This document shows positions 21,743-33,857 of a stretch of 38,388 nucleotides of DNA, piece by piece; positions within the stretch are counted from its first letter, which is position 1, and the number at the start of each line of letters is the position of its first letter. A program made the position numbers and the translations under genes. The stretch is from Octopus bimaculoides (Eukaryota): NCBI RefSeq assembly GCF_001194135.2, contig NC_068981.1:132426020-132464407 (forward strand), read 5' to 3'. Below the pieces are notes generated by a model. The model made no database searches, was not told where the DNA came from, and worked only from the letters and a program-made list of their open reading frames with translations.

Positions 21743-21879
21743 GTCTATAATGTTAAGACAGCATTGTGTATAGGAGGGAGCGAGAAAGAGTAAGATTGAG
21801 AGAAAAGGAGCAAAAAAAAAAAGAGATAGAGATGCTGAGACAAAATGTATGAACTAAGTCTGAATAACCAATATTCGTT

Positions 21880-22735
21880 TCGAATATTGGCACAAGGCCA
21901 GCAATTTCCGTGTGGTGAGGGAGCCGTAGCTGAAAGGCAAGTCAACCTCGGCGGAAATTGAACTCGGAACGTGAAGACGAACGAAATGCCGCAAAGCATT
22001 TTGTCCGACGTGCTAACGATCATGTCAGCTTGCCGCCGTTGTTGGTCGCCAATATTACTGTACGTATAAGGACAGTGAGCTGGCAAAATCGTTAGCACGC
22101 CAGGCAAAATGCTTTGCGGCATTTCGTCTGCTGTTACGTTCTGAGTTCAAATTCCGCCGAGGTCGACTTTGCCTTTCATCCTTTCGGGGTCGATAAATTA
22201 AGTACCAGTTACGCACTGGGGCTCGATGTAATCAACTTAATCCCTTTGTCTGACCTTGTTTGTCCCCTCTATGTTTAGCCCCTTGTGGGCAATAAAGAAA
22301 TAAGAATCGTTAGCACGCCAGGCAAAATGCTTAGCACCATTTCGTGTGTCTTCACGTTCTGAGTTCAGATTCTGCCGATATCTACTTTGCCTTTTATGTT
22401 TTGGGGTTCGATATAATAAATACCAGTTGAACACTGGGGTCGAGATAATCGACTCACCCCCTTTACTGAAATTACTGATCTTGCGCCAAAATTTGAAATC
22501 AATATTATTGTACATATTAGGGCGGCAAACTAGCAGAATCATTAGCACGCCGGGAAAAATGCTTAGCGGCATTTTGTCCGTCTTTACGCTCTGAGTCCAA
22601 CTTCCACAGAGGTTGACTTACCTTTATATTCTTTCGGGGTCGATAAAACAAGTATCAGTTGAGACCCACGGTCGAGTACTCAACTCATCCACTTCTCCTA
22701 AAATTGCTGGCGTTGTGCTAAAATTTGAAAGCAAT
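21880..22735. mobile_element. Cluster of four SINE family A copies: 21880-22037 (-), 22075-22304 (+), 22305-22500 (+), 22520-22735 (+)
   Basis: Repeated heads (gaatcgttagcacgcc...aaatgct), B boxes (gagttcaaattcc) and ggtcgactttgcctttcatcctttcggggtcgataaa modules. 28-bp TSD at 22087-22114 and 22305-22332. Confidence 0.9.
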
Positions 22736-22879
22736 GTTCCCATACATGTATTCGTGTCAATCACGACCTTCAATAACCAATTAGTGTCTTGTTCAAGCAA
22801 TGGGAAGGGTGTGCAACAAAATTTGTTTTTAGTTGCAAAGTGAAAGTGAAATTATAAAACAAGCACAATACACGGGAAC

Positions 22880-22989
22880 GCACAGACGGTCACACACATA
22901 TACATTCACATACACATACACGTACGCTAACTACAGACCTTTCAACAGAGAGTGAGAGAGAGAGGGGTTGTGAGAGAGAGAGAGGGGGT

Positions 22990-23046
<57 letters not shown>

Positions 23047-23183
23047 GGTATGAGGTGCAAGACAATTTTTCTAGTTTACGATCACGTTTCAGCATACGTG
23101 TGTATGTATGTATGTATGTATGTATGTATGTATGTATGTATGTATGTATGTATGCATGCATGCATGTATGTATGTATACATAC

Positions 23184-23228
<45 letters not shown>

Positions 23229-23264
23229 CATGTACATCCATACACACACATATATAAGTATATA

Positions 23265-23351
<87 letters not shown>

Positions 23352-23762
23352 GCATATACATGCATATATATTTTTATATTTTATACATGCATATAAACAT
23401 ACACATAGACGCACATGTATGCATACACATACTCACGAATGCATACTTATATGTATGTACTATAGTTTTTTGTTTACAGAAAGTTGTCAACGAGCAACAA
23501 ATGTCAAGACATATACACACAAACACGCGCGCACACACACATACACATTTATATATATATATATATATGTATGTGTGCGTGTGTATTCACACGCATGCAC
23601 ACGCACATACACATATTAGCATTCATTTGTACATGTACAGTATATGTTGTGTGGGCTATATGTTTGGGTTAATGTGTGTGTGTGTGTGTGTGTGAGTGAA
23701 TGAGTGTGTATGTGTATGTGTATGTGTGTATATGTGTACGCATGTGTGTGTATGTGTGTATG
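22880..23762. repeat. Compound microsatellite block: (GA)n, (TATG)n, (CA)n, long (TA)n, (TG)n
   Basis: Direct read. It explains the low-complexity ORFs 22931-23695. Confidence 0.97.
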
Positions 23763-24160
23763 ATTGGGCTCCCGTAAACTTATATAAAACGAGAGATAAA
23801 TCTGAAATTTTAAATATACTTCGAGCCTTCAGTAATGGAGATCATTGATATCACAATACACTTAAATACACAAAAAGAAAATAGAAGTACATAAATAAAT
23901 AACTAAACAAGATCGACTTGAAAGACTCTATTATATGTACTTTTGAACAATCTGAATCAACCAGTAGAGTTACTCTACTGAAATCGATTAGCAGTAAGCA
24001 GTCTAAATTAATCGAAGGTATGAAAATATTTCCTTTATAGCAAGTAAGAATTATAATTTGTGGTTTTCATTGATATTTTTTTTCCATTTATGTTATTCTG
24101 TGTTGTTTTACACTTTCCTCTGTTGATTTGTCAGAAATGAGTTATTAACAAATAACAGGA

Positions 24161-24191
<31 letters not shown>

Positions 24192-24259
24192 CATACGTAC
24201 ATAAATATATACATATACATACACTTACATATATACACATACACACACATACCTATGTG

Positions 24260-24327
<68 letters not shown>

Positions 24328-24491
24328 CCGTATTTTAACGTGTATAAGGAACCCCCTAATTTTGGGGGCTTAAAATTTGGAAAAAAAGGTTTTGTAAGGG
24401 ATTATAATACTATCCCTCTATTAGAAACTCCCATATTTTTTAAACTTTATTTTTTGACAAAATAAGGTTCCATATACACGTTAAAATACGG
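24328..24491. mobile_element. 164-bp Tc1/mariner-superfamily MITE (Tc2/pogo-like CCGTA termini) with TA TSD, inserted in a (CA)/(TA) microsatellite
   Basis: ta|ccgtattttaacgtgtataaggaac ... gttccatatacacgttaaaatacgg|ta. Confidence 0.88.
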
Positions 24492-25385
24492 TAAACACAC
24501 ACACAAGCACATGTAGTGAGGAAAGGCAAACAATTATGCAAGGCAGTACAATGGTATTTAATTCAATCTAAATTTTGTTACATAACGAACAGTAAAAATA
24601 GTAAAAGATATCTCTGATAGCTATACCTATACCTACTGATTCAGAGGGGAGCTACTTTTAGCCGCTTTTGAATAGAACAATCACCACAACTTCAACTGTT
24701 GTTCAAACTGGAATTTTTGTTGCGCACCTATTTGAGTGCTCAGAACACATACCTATTAGTTTGAGTCATCCTGACAAAAACTCCTCATATCCTCTATCCT
24801 CTACATCTACACTATAATGGAGAAAGCTGCTTATTCATTAGGTATGTAACAATTACTAAAAGTATTAAAAGAAAGTAATATTAAAAGTTTGACCGTCTGG
24901 AAATATTTTTATAAATTCATGTTCTAAGAAATTGTCTATAATTTGGATTTCTGAAGTTTTTTGAATTTTTTTAACTCCAAATTCTCGCAAATTTAAATAT
25001 TCATTGCGTCCAATTCTTCATAAACTTAAATATTCATTGCGTTTTATTTGCAACAGTCTCTCATTCTCGCTCGCCTCTATTTCCATTAATAATAATTTAA
25101 TAATAGCTATATAACTTTGATACGAGGCACAATTTCAAGAATATCATCAGTTTCTGGAGTTTGTTAAATGAATATTTTTGATAAAATGAAAATTCTTTAA
25201 TATATCGGATAAATTTTTTTTTTTCCTCTAAATGAAGAAAAGATTTTGTTGGTATGGCTGCTTGGAACGCTATAAGCCTCATAATAGTAGCTATATGATC
25301 GCTGCTATTTCTAGCACGCTAAACACGATAGTTTTTTAATGAGCTTTCACTTACATGGTTTTCATTTAATGTTTGCAATGTTCTC

Positions 25386-25442
<57 letters not shown>

Positions 25443-25538
25443 AACACACTCACAATGTCTCTCTAATATAAACACACACACGCTCCAGGTTTGATTTCGT
25501 TATTACACAAATATCACATTTGAATTTTGCAATTCAAT

Positions 25539-26700
25539 ATGGGACGTCCAAAAAAGTATGCGACTGCAAAAGAAAATTTAACAGCAAAGCCACAACGGCA
25601 GAGAAAAAAAATGGGCAACTGAATCAGATGAAACCAGGGCAAAGCGACTGAAACAGATGTCTGAATATGCACGACGGAGACGTAGACATGATTCCGTTTC
25701 TGTTTGACATGACCGACTGGTTAGGGTATCTCGAGAGGAGAATATCTACTTCAAAATAATGTGGTGTCAGATCACAAATTGTTGATACAACACTAAAGAG
25801 ATCTTTTCTTTGGGATCATGCGGAAGTAGTGGAGTTGACAACCAATCTAAGACTTCTTGGAGAAGGTCATTCTGATGAAAGAGAGTTCGCAAATTATCTT
25901 CTTGATGTAGGAAATGATAACATTTCTGTTGAACAAAGCCTAGGTGAAGTCAAAATCAAACTACCCAATGACCTTTGCCTTGAAAGTGGTACTCTTTCAG
26001 ATCTATGTGATTTTGTATATGCTGCCCTAAAAATTAATATCACAAACGCTGTGTGGCTTGCAAATAGAACCGTTATTGTTCCAAGAAATGAAGCAGCACA
26101 ATTTGTGAATGATTTTCTATTGACCAGGATCCCAGGGTGATATATATAAGGTCAGATACAGTTGATAATTTATACAGAAGGTCAGATACAGTTGATAATG
26201 AAATTCTGTACCTAACTGAGTTCATCAACAAACTTACACCATGAGGGTTGCCCCCACACGTTCTCAAATCGAAGAAAAAATGCTGCATAATGCGTCTGAA
26301 AAATTTAGACGTTACTAATGGACATTGCAATGGCACACGTTACATCATTGTCAGTTTACATGATCATGTTATTGAGGCTTAAGTTGCCTCTGGTCCTTAT
26401 GCAAGATCAACTCTGCTAATCCCAAGAATACTTCATGTATCTTAAGAAATGAAATTTCCATTCATATTTACACGCAAACAATTTCCTGTCAAGCCAGCTT
26501 TTGCTTTGACGTGCAACAAGGCACAGAGACAGACATTTGAACAAATTGGAATATATCTTCCAACACAATTTTTCTCACATAGTCAGCTGTATGTTGCATT
26601 ATCTAGAGTTCGAAAGAAGGCTAATATCAAAATATTGGCTGAGAGACGTGGAAACAGTATAATTACTGACAATTGTTCCTACAAGGAGATACTACTTTAA
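25539..26700 (+). mobile_element. Internally deleted Helitron: short N-terminus fused to the C-terminal PIF1-like helicase half
   Basis: ATG at 25539: MGRPKKYATAKE, then (shift) WATESDETRAKRLKQMSEYARRRR. From ~25780: SQIVDTTLKRSFLWDHAEVVELTTNLRL...REFANYLLDVG, GLPPHVL...NLDVTNGHCNGTRYII, QFPVKPAFALTCNKAQRQT...FFSHSQLYVALSRV. Confidence 0.92.
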
Positions 26701-26940
26701 AGCAAAATATGCTTTTTAGCAAGTTTCAGTAAATAGAATTAACACATAAACTATAAGTAAAGTAACATATATTTGTAAGGAATTAAATTGTTTTGTCATT
26801 TTTCGACACATGCCGGATGAATGATATCGTTATACTGGATCATTTTAAATTTGGGTACATTTGAAAATGTAAGGAAACACCATTCCCATGTGTTCTCACA
26901 GCACTAGACATTTCTGCGTGTGTGACCGTCCGTCTGTCTG

Positions 26941-26973
<33 letters not shown>

Positions 26974-27733
26974 GCACACCTATGTAAGTTCTACCAATCA
27001 TTAATGATAACAGATTGACTCAGTTATATATCCACATATAAGTTTCTGTGATATCCATTAGTTAGCCACACCCTCCATAATAGCCATAATATAGGTTTGA
27101 CTCTCTGGAAAATTTTAATAAATTCCTCTGTTAATATATGTATCGATAAAAAGTCGCTTTCGGAGCGTCTGTTATTATTTACTGTCTCAAGTTTGAATAT
27201 TTGTTGTCAAGCTTTACGTTCACTGCGGTGTAGGTTTTAACATTTGATAAACAATATTAATATGTTCTGGCAGAATTTTTCGTTTTCATTTGCAACACAG
27301 TCTCTCATATTCTCTATCGCACCGCTAATTGTTTTCATTGATAACAATATATTCATTGCCATTTTTTCATTTCGAGTTTTATTTCGTTATTTCAGACGAG
27401 GAAATCAGGTATTTTGTTGACTTAAATTCGCTGTGAAAATGCCCTCAGTTAATTCTTTATACATACTGAAAATAAATTATATTGGACAGCTTATTAAAAT
27501 TTACTGAAGCTTCGAACTCATGTGACTTATTTCCTTCCTGTCGTTATCTAAGAATTAGTAAGTGAATTTGTTGCTATGGCTATTGATACGCTATAGGTAT
27601 TAAAATATCTCTTTGTGATCGCTGCTATTTTTGGCACATTAAACGTAGTTGAACTATCTTGACGTTTGCTTAAAAAAGAGAGATTATGACTGTGATAAAA
27701 TAATGAAAGCAATATTTACTAAGTAAGTGAACA

Positions 27734-27850
27734 CTGTTCTATATTTAAGAGATGAGGAATTATGTACATTATTTACATTTGACGGATATTTGTCTTCATC
27801 TTGTTTGTTGTTAACACAACGTTTCGGCTGATATACCCTCCAGCCTTCAT
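27734..27850 (-). mobile_element. Second family D copy: 3' tail and most of the hammerhead; the rest is lost in the N gap
   Basis: Reverse complement atgaaggctggagggtatatcagccgaaacgttgtgttaacaacaaacaagatgaagacaaatatccgtcaaatgtaaataatgtacataattcctcatctcttaaatatagaacag closely matches 20316-20441. The one change within the visible ribozyme part is in loop II. Confidence 0.88.
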
Positions 27851-28367
27851 NNNNNNNNNNNNNNNNNNNNNNNNNNNNNNNNNNNNNNNNNNNNNNNNNN
27901 NNNNNNNNNNNNNNNNNNNNNNNNNNNNNNNNNNNNNNNNNNNNNNNNNNNNNNNNNNNNNNNNNNNNNNNNNNNNNNNNNNNNNNNNNNNNNNNNNNNN
28001 NNNNNNNNNNNNNNNNNNNNNNNNNNNNNNNNNNNNNNNNNNNNNNNNNNNNNNNNNNNNNNNNNNNNNNNNNNNNNNNNNNNNNNNNNNNNNNNNNNNN
28101 NNNNNNNNNNNNNNNNNNNNNNNNNNNNNNNNNNNNNNNNNNNNNNNNNNNNNNNNNNNNNNNNNNNNNNNNNNNNNNNNNNNNNNNNNNNNNNNNNNNN
28201 NNNNNNNNNNNNNNNNNNNNNNNNNNNNNNNNNNNNNNNNNNNNNNNNNNNNNNNNNNNNNNNNNNNNNNNNNNNNNNNNNNNNNNNNNNNNNNNNNNNN
28301 NNNNNNNNNNNNNNNNNNNNNNNNATTCACTTTACCGGTTTCATTTCTTTAGAAAAAGATTGTCAAA

Positions 28368-28700
28368 AGTAAAATATAAAGCTTTATATAAGCTTTGTAG
28401 TGTTAAATACAGGTTGTCACAAAAGTATTAAAATACATATATACATTCTCTGATAATAATAAGAAAATGTTAAAAACAGTTTAAGTATTAAAATACATAT
28501 ATAAAAATATACATATTCTTTGATAATAATAGAAAATGTTTAAAAAACAGTTTAAGTATTAAAATACATATATACATTTCTTTGATAATAATAAGAAGAA
28601 TATGTTTAAAATATAAAGCTTTGTATAAGCTCTGTAGTGTTAAGGACTGGTTGTCACAAAAATATTAAAATACAAATATACATTCTCTGATAAAGAGAGA
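28368..28700. repeat. AT-rich ~65-75-bp minisatellite with a higher-order repeat
   Basis: aagtattaaaatacatatatacattctctgataataataagaaaatgttaaaaacagttt recurs 3-4 times; aaaatataaagcttt..ataagct.tgtagtgtta occurs at ~28370 and ~28608. Confidence 0.8.
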
Positions 28701-28917
28701 AAACATGTCAAAAAGATGGGTCAGTTCCTCTCCAATATTTTGTAAATTCTTAAATATATGTTTTTAACATTTTCTTAACCGTTAATTTTTAACTTTTCAT
28801 GAAATAGATATATCCAGGCCCTTCAGGATGGAATTTGAAGGTAGTTTACACACCCCAATATCAATTGAAACGCACACGAGTTGACGTAATGACTATTTTA
28901 GAAATAGATGTTACTAT

Positions 28918-28980
28918 CTCCAACTGATGATTGCAAAGCATGTTTTCTCATGCACAGCATGAAATCAATTGATATGGGGT
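28918..28980 (+). ncRNA. Second, unrelated minimal type I hammerhead candidate (slightly decayed), within a ~48-bp inverted repeat
   Basis: CUGAUGA 28924-30; stem II tgc/gca extended by gcatg/catgc; GAAA 28961-64; palindrome ATCAATTGAT 28964-73; AUA triplet ending at 28974. Stem I ctccaa/ttgggg is intact when read from the inverted copy at 28820-28868. Confidence 0.6.
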
Positions 28981-29138
28981 ATGTAAATTACCTTCAAATT
29001 CATTCTGAAGGTAGGCCTATTCAAGTATTCAAATATTTCATATTATACCTGTTCAGGTAGAAGTTTTGCTAGCCACCTCATTATTACTGTTTTAAGAGTA
29101 ATAATGCTTTTATCTATCTATCTATCTATCTGTCTCTA

Positions 29139-29208
<70 letters not shown>

Positions 29209-29219
29209 TGCGTGCGTCG

Positions 29220-29435
29220 TTGCGTCTGTATTTGTCACCCATCATCGCCATACAACCGGTGCTGGTGTGTTTATGTCCCCGCAATTTAGCGGTTCGGAAT
29301 AGGAGATCGATAGAATAAGTACCATGTTTAAAAAAAAACAGAAAATAGGTACTGGGGTCGATTCATTCTACTAAAATTCTGCATGGCGGTGCCCCAGTAT
29401 GGCCGCAGTCGAATGACTGAAACAAATGAAAGATA
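29220..29435 (+). mobile_element. SINE family B 3' half
   Basis: gctggtgtgtttatgtccccgcaatttagcggttcgg...gtactggggtcgattcattc...ggcggtgccccagtatggccgcagtcgaatgactgaaacaa. Confidence 0.85.
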
Positions 29436-29924
29436 AAAAAGATTCACTCTACCAACCGCATTGAGTTCTATATCAGACAATATTTGTATGCATGTGCGCG
29501 CGCGTGTTGTTTCTCTTTTTATTTTAGAGTTAATTTTGACCAGTCACCTGTGAAGGAAAACGTCTTGTTTTGTTTAACATCGGATATGTCTTAAGACGGT
29601 CTTGCAGATTTTCACAGTCCGAGATATCATGATGCTTTGCAGTGTATGGATTAACCTACATATGCCCATAAAAAAACATGATGTCGTAAAATTTTACTGT
29701 ATTAAAAGTTATGGTAAGCTTTCACAATCTGGAAGAAAAGAACAGTATGCAACTGTTAGCAACGGGTGTCGACTACCAACTGAACATTTCGTATGCTCAA
29801 TCAGATTCTTCCCGGCGCGTTCATGTCCAAACAAGTAGGAGAAGGTTTTAAACCCAGGGGTGGAGCCATGATAACAGAGTGGATACCAAAGAAATTGAAA
29901 AACAATGAGAAAGATAAGGTCGTA

Positions 29925-30164
29925 GCCGGTGAGTTGAGGAGATTGTAGAAACTAAGAAAATTATTTCTGTCGTAACTGGTGCTCAGAAACAACACCCAAA
30001 CTCCTACAGAAGAGACTGAAAGACACAAGAACTGAGATTCACAAAGTCGACCTACGGAATTGAACCATCCCGTATTCCGCTAGAATACCAAGAAGATTCT
30101 TGAGATTTGTCACCAAGCTTCAAGATAATATCCCTGCTAATTACGTTAACGTGTAATAGCTTTT

Positions 30165-30165
<1 letters not shown>
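29925..30165 (+). mobile_element. Decayed R4/Dong-like LINE 3' end (end of RLE domain plus 3' UTR) running into (TAC)n
   Basis: ELRRL*KL...IISVVTGA...TPKLLQKRLKDTRTEIHKVDLRN*TIPYSARIPRRFL parallels the RLE C-termini at 36880-37050 and 37360-37520. Confidence 0.55.
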
Positions 30166-30291
<126 letters not shown>

Positions 30292-31027
30292 CTAGGCTGA
30301 CTAACAGCCAACAATAGACTAACTCTCTAAAATATATTAACACGGACATATCAGCATGACATTTTATTATCGTTTATTGCAGAANNNNNNNNNNNNNNNN
30401 NNNNNNNNNNNNNNNNNNNNNNNNNNNNNNNNNNNNNNNNNNNNNNNNNNNNNNNNNNNNNNNNNNNNNNNNNNNNNNNNNNNNNNNNNNNNNNNNNNNN
30501 NNNNNNNNNNNNNNNNNNNNNNNNNNNNNNNNNNNNNNNNNNNNNNNNNNNNNNNNNNNNNNNNNNNNNNNNNNNNNNNNNNNNNNNNNNNNNNNNNNNN
30601 NNNNNNNNNNNNNNNNNNNNNNNNNNNNNNNNNNNNNNNNNNNNNNNNNNNNNNNNNNNNNNNNNNNNNNNNNNNNNNNNNNNNNNNNNNNNNNNNNNNN
30701 NNNNNNNNNNNNNNNNNNNNNNNNNNNNNNNNNNNNNNNNNNNNNNNNNNNNNNNNNNNNNNNNNNNNNNNNNNNNNNNNNNNNNNNNNNNNNNNNNNNN
30801 NNNNNNNNNNNNNNNNNNNNNNNNNNNNNNNNNNNNNNNNNNNNNNNNNNNNNNNNNNNNNNNNNNNNNNNNNNNNNNNNNNNNNNNNNNNNNNNNNNNN
30901 NNNNNNNNNNNNNNNNNNNNNNNNNNNNNNNNNNNNNNNNNNNNNNNNNNNNNNNNNNNNNNNNNNNNNNNNNNNNNNNNNNNNNNNNNNNNNNNNNNNN
31001 NNNNNNNNNNNNNNNNNNNNNNNNNNN

Positions 31028-31080
<53 letters not shown>

Positions 31081-32251
31081 ACATATGGTATACAGTGCTT
31101 GCGGTAATGTGAAAAAATTCAGTTACCTTTTCTGAAAGTTTCTATGTTAATGTTGAAACAATGTGCTACTTTGAACCGATAGAAATGTTGGACGGAAAAT
31201 ACATCTTGTGGAATGTAATGCAGTTCTTGCTAGCATTAAATGCTATTTATAGTTTATTTGTAGTTTGTGAGAGAGACTATGCACCTGACATTTCATACAC
31301 ATGCGTTTTCAATCGAAATACCTTCAAATTATATCTAACTTCAGTTACCTAAATCAGTTCTTAAACCGCCAGGCAAAGAAAACAGTGGAAAAGGTATGTC
31401 ACAGAAGTCAGTGCCTCCTTGCCCTATGAATTAAGGAAAGGGTGCAGGAGATGGTGGTACACTTACGTTTTTTTGGGGGTTTTTTTTTTGAGAAACCAGC
31501 CTTCAGAAAAAAGGTTAGAAATCTCTGTGCGAAAGGATGTGTGACTGGGAAAGGGCATATGGAAAAATATTTCAGAGCGTAAGACTGAAAATGGGGCGTG
31601 AAAAAAGAAAGAGTAAGCCATGGCTGCTAGCAAACTGCTGTCTAAATACATGGAGGAGAGGAATACAAGCTTGACAGCCTGAAATATTGTTACTGAACTA
31701 ACTTTCAGTTTTGGTTTTTCGTCATCTCTGAAGTATAGCACGAGGAGATAGAATTCATGGAAGAGTTTGACAACAACACGCGCTTTGGTGGTATGTGTAT
31801 AGACCGAAAAAAATCTCATATCCTCCAAAGGCTGCGCGACTATATCATAGCAGTAATCTATTGAGGAAGTAACCTATATTTCTTACAGGGCAGAAGGCCC
31901 AGTTGCTGCACATGTACTAGTAAAAGCCATCTGAAGATCTGTCTAGAAGGGGAAAAGTGAAAAGCTGGAAGCTTAGGCTTGTCAGCAGCAAGAGAGGCAG
32001 CACAAGCAACAATATGCTCCATGACAACTGTCATCGTTGTTTGTAGAGCATTACTGGCTATAGCTTCAAGTATGGCCAAAGTAAAAGAGTACAAAACCAC
32101 CTCATCCTCAGTGCCTCACTCTATTGTGTCAGCGACTATTTTTTTTTCCAGGGAGGTAATCGATTAAATACATCTTAGCAATTCACTATTAAAAAGACAA
32201 GAATAGTATTGACAATGACTTCGAAGTTTCGGCCAGCTAAGACATCATCGG

Positions 32252-32257
32252 ACTATG

Positions 32258-32290
<33 letters not shown>

Positions 32291-32297
32291 GTGTCTA

Positions 32298-32374
<77 letters not shown>

Positions 32375-32436
32375 AAGAGCGGGAGAGCGAGAGAGAAATA
32401 AAGAGAGAAAGAAAGAGTGAAGGAGAGAGAGAGATG

Positions 32437-32467
<31 letters not shown>

Positions 32468-32592
32468 GAGATAAAGAGAGAAATAAAGAGAGAAAGAAAG
32501 AGCGGGAGAGCGAGAGAGAAATAAAGAGAGAAAGAAAGAGTGAAGGAGAGAGAGAGATAAAAAGAGAAAGAAAGAAAGAGAGAGAGAGAGAG
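32252..32592. repeat. (TATG)n, (TG)n and (GA)-rich low-complexity tract with an internal ~65-bp duplication
   Basis: gaaagaaagagcgggagagcgagagagaaataaagagagaaagaaagagtgaaggagagagagagat occurs twice. Confidence 0.9.
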
Positions 32593-32594
32593 CA

Positions 32595-32705
32595 TATGGT
32601 CTAGTGGTTGGGGGTAATGCACTCCCGATCGTGAGATCGTGGTTTCAATTCCTGGGCCGGGAGGTGCGTTGTGTTCTTGCGCAAAACACTTCATCTCACG
32701 TTCAT
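32595..32705 (+). mobile_element. tRNA/CORE-like SINE 5' fragment
   Basis: tggtctagtggtt (A box), gtttcaattcc (B box), gcgttgtgttcttgcgcaaaacacttcatctcacg. Confidence 0.7.
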
Positions 32706-33035
32706 CTCAATGGGCCAAATGTATACATTTCCACGAAAAGAGGAATTAATCTACATCATTGAATGCAAACAAAGTCGCAGGTTCTACATCAGAATTTTCC
32801 TTCTCCTAGAGAGATGTCTAAATAAAGATTAAGCGTCTCTCTCACTCCAAGTTGTTGGATGGCCGTTGACCTTACTAATTTCGTCTGTTCTTTGATAGGT
32901 TTTACTTTTCGTCCCGCGGTGTGTTCAACGAAAGCCATCTTCCTTACCAAGCAGGCTTGGTAGGGTTGCCTCTTTAGTCGTTGACGGTCTGACCATGCGT
33001 CAAGTCGTACTGAATTACATGTTACTTGTAACACT

Positions 33036-33363
33036 GAAAGTGAAGGCAAGTGGCTTAGTGGTTAGGGTGTTCAGCTCACGATCATAAGGTTGTGATTTCG
33101 AAAACCGGCAGCGCGTTGTGTCCCTGAGCAAGACACTTTATTTCACATAGCTCCAGTCCACTCATCTGGCAAAAATGAATAGTATCTGGATTTGAAAGGG
33201 CCAGCCTTGTCACATTCTGAGTCACGCTGAATCTCCCTGAGAACTGCGTTAAGGGTACGCGTGTCTGTGGAGTACTCAGCCACTTGCACGTTTATTTCAC
33301 GAGCAGGCTGTTCTGTTGGTCGGATCAACTGGAACGCTCATCGTCGTAATCGACGGAGTGCCA
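33036..33363 (+). mobile_element. SINE with a CORE-like centre and the family C 3' tail
   Basis: tggcttagtgg A box; ttgtgtccctgagcaagacactttatttcac; tail gggccagccttgtcaca...gacggagtgcca shared with 9610-9775. 8-bp TSD gtaacact at 33028-33035 and 33364-33371. Confidence 0.88.
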
Positions 33364-33394
33364 GTAACACTAAGAGTGACCTGATGTTCATATA

Positions 33395-33815
33395 CACAAA
33401 GAAGCTGCGTCTACCGAATTCATTCACAAGTCATTAATCGGCGCTAAGGTTATAATAGAAGCAACTTTCTCAAAATGTTGCGCTGTGGGACTGAACCTGA
33501 AGCCTGCGTGCCTGCGAAGCAAACTTCTTAACTACACGGCCATGTTAATTTATACCTTCCGCCTTTTATCTTTACTTCAGTCATTGGACGGCAACTATAT
33601 TGGGAGCCGCCTTGAAGGGTTTAGTCGAGCAAATAGACCCCAGTATATATTTTAAAATCTGGTACTTATTCTATCAGCCGCTTTTGCGAAAAAAACTAAG
33701 TTACAGGAACATAAACAAACCAAAACCGGTTGTGAAGCGGATGGAGACCAATACGCACACACTTATACACACACACGCACGCACACACACATCTATCTAT
33801 CTATCTATCTATCTA

Positions 33816-33857
<42 letters not shown>

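Noticed and set aside
22931-23695. Long ORFs such as [12 protein letters not shown] and HTHTHT (also 20036-20365, 29104-29289, 30107-30295, 32209-32694, 34766-35023)
   Set aside because: They are translations of microsatellites with no coding evidence.
25115-25155. CTGATGA...GAAA on the minus strand as a third hammerhead (also ctgatga at ~36506 and ~25850)
   Set aside because: No stem II or stem I pairing can be drawn; chance matches.
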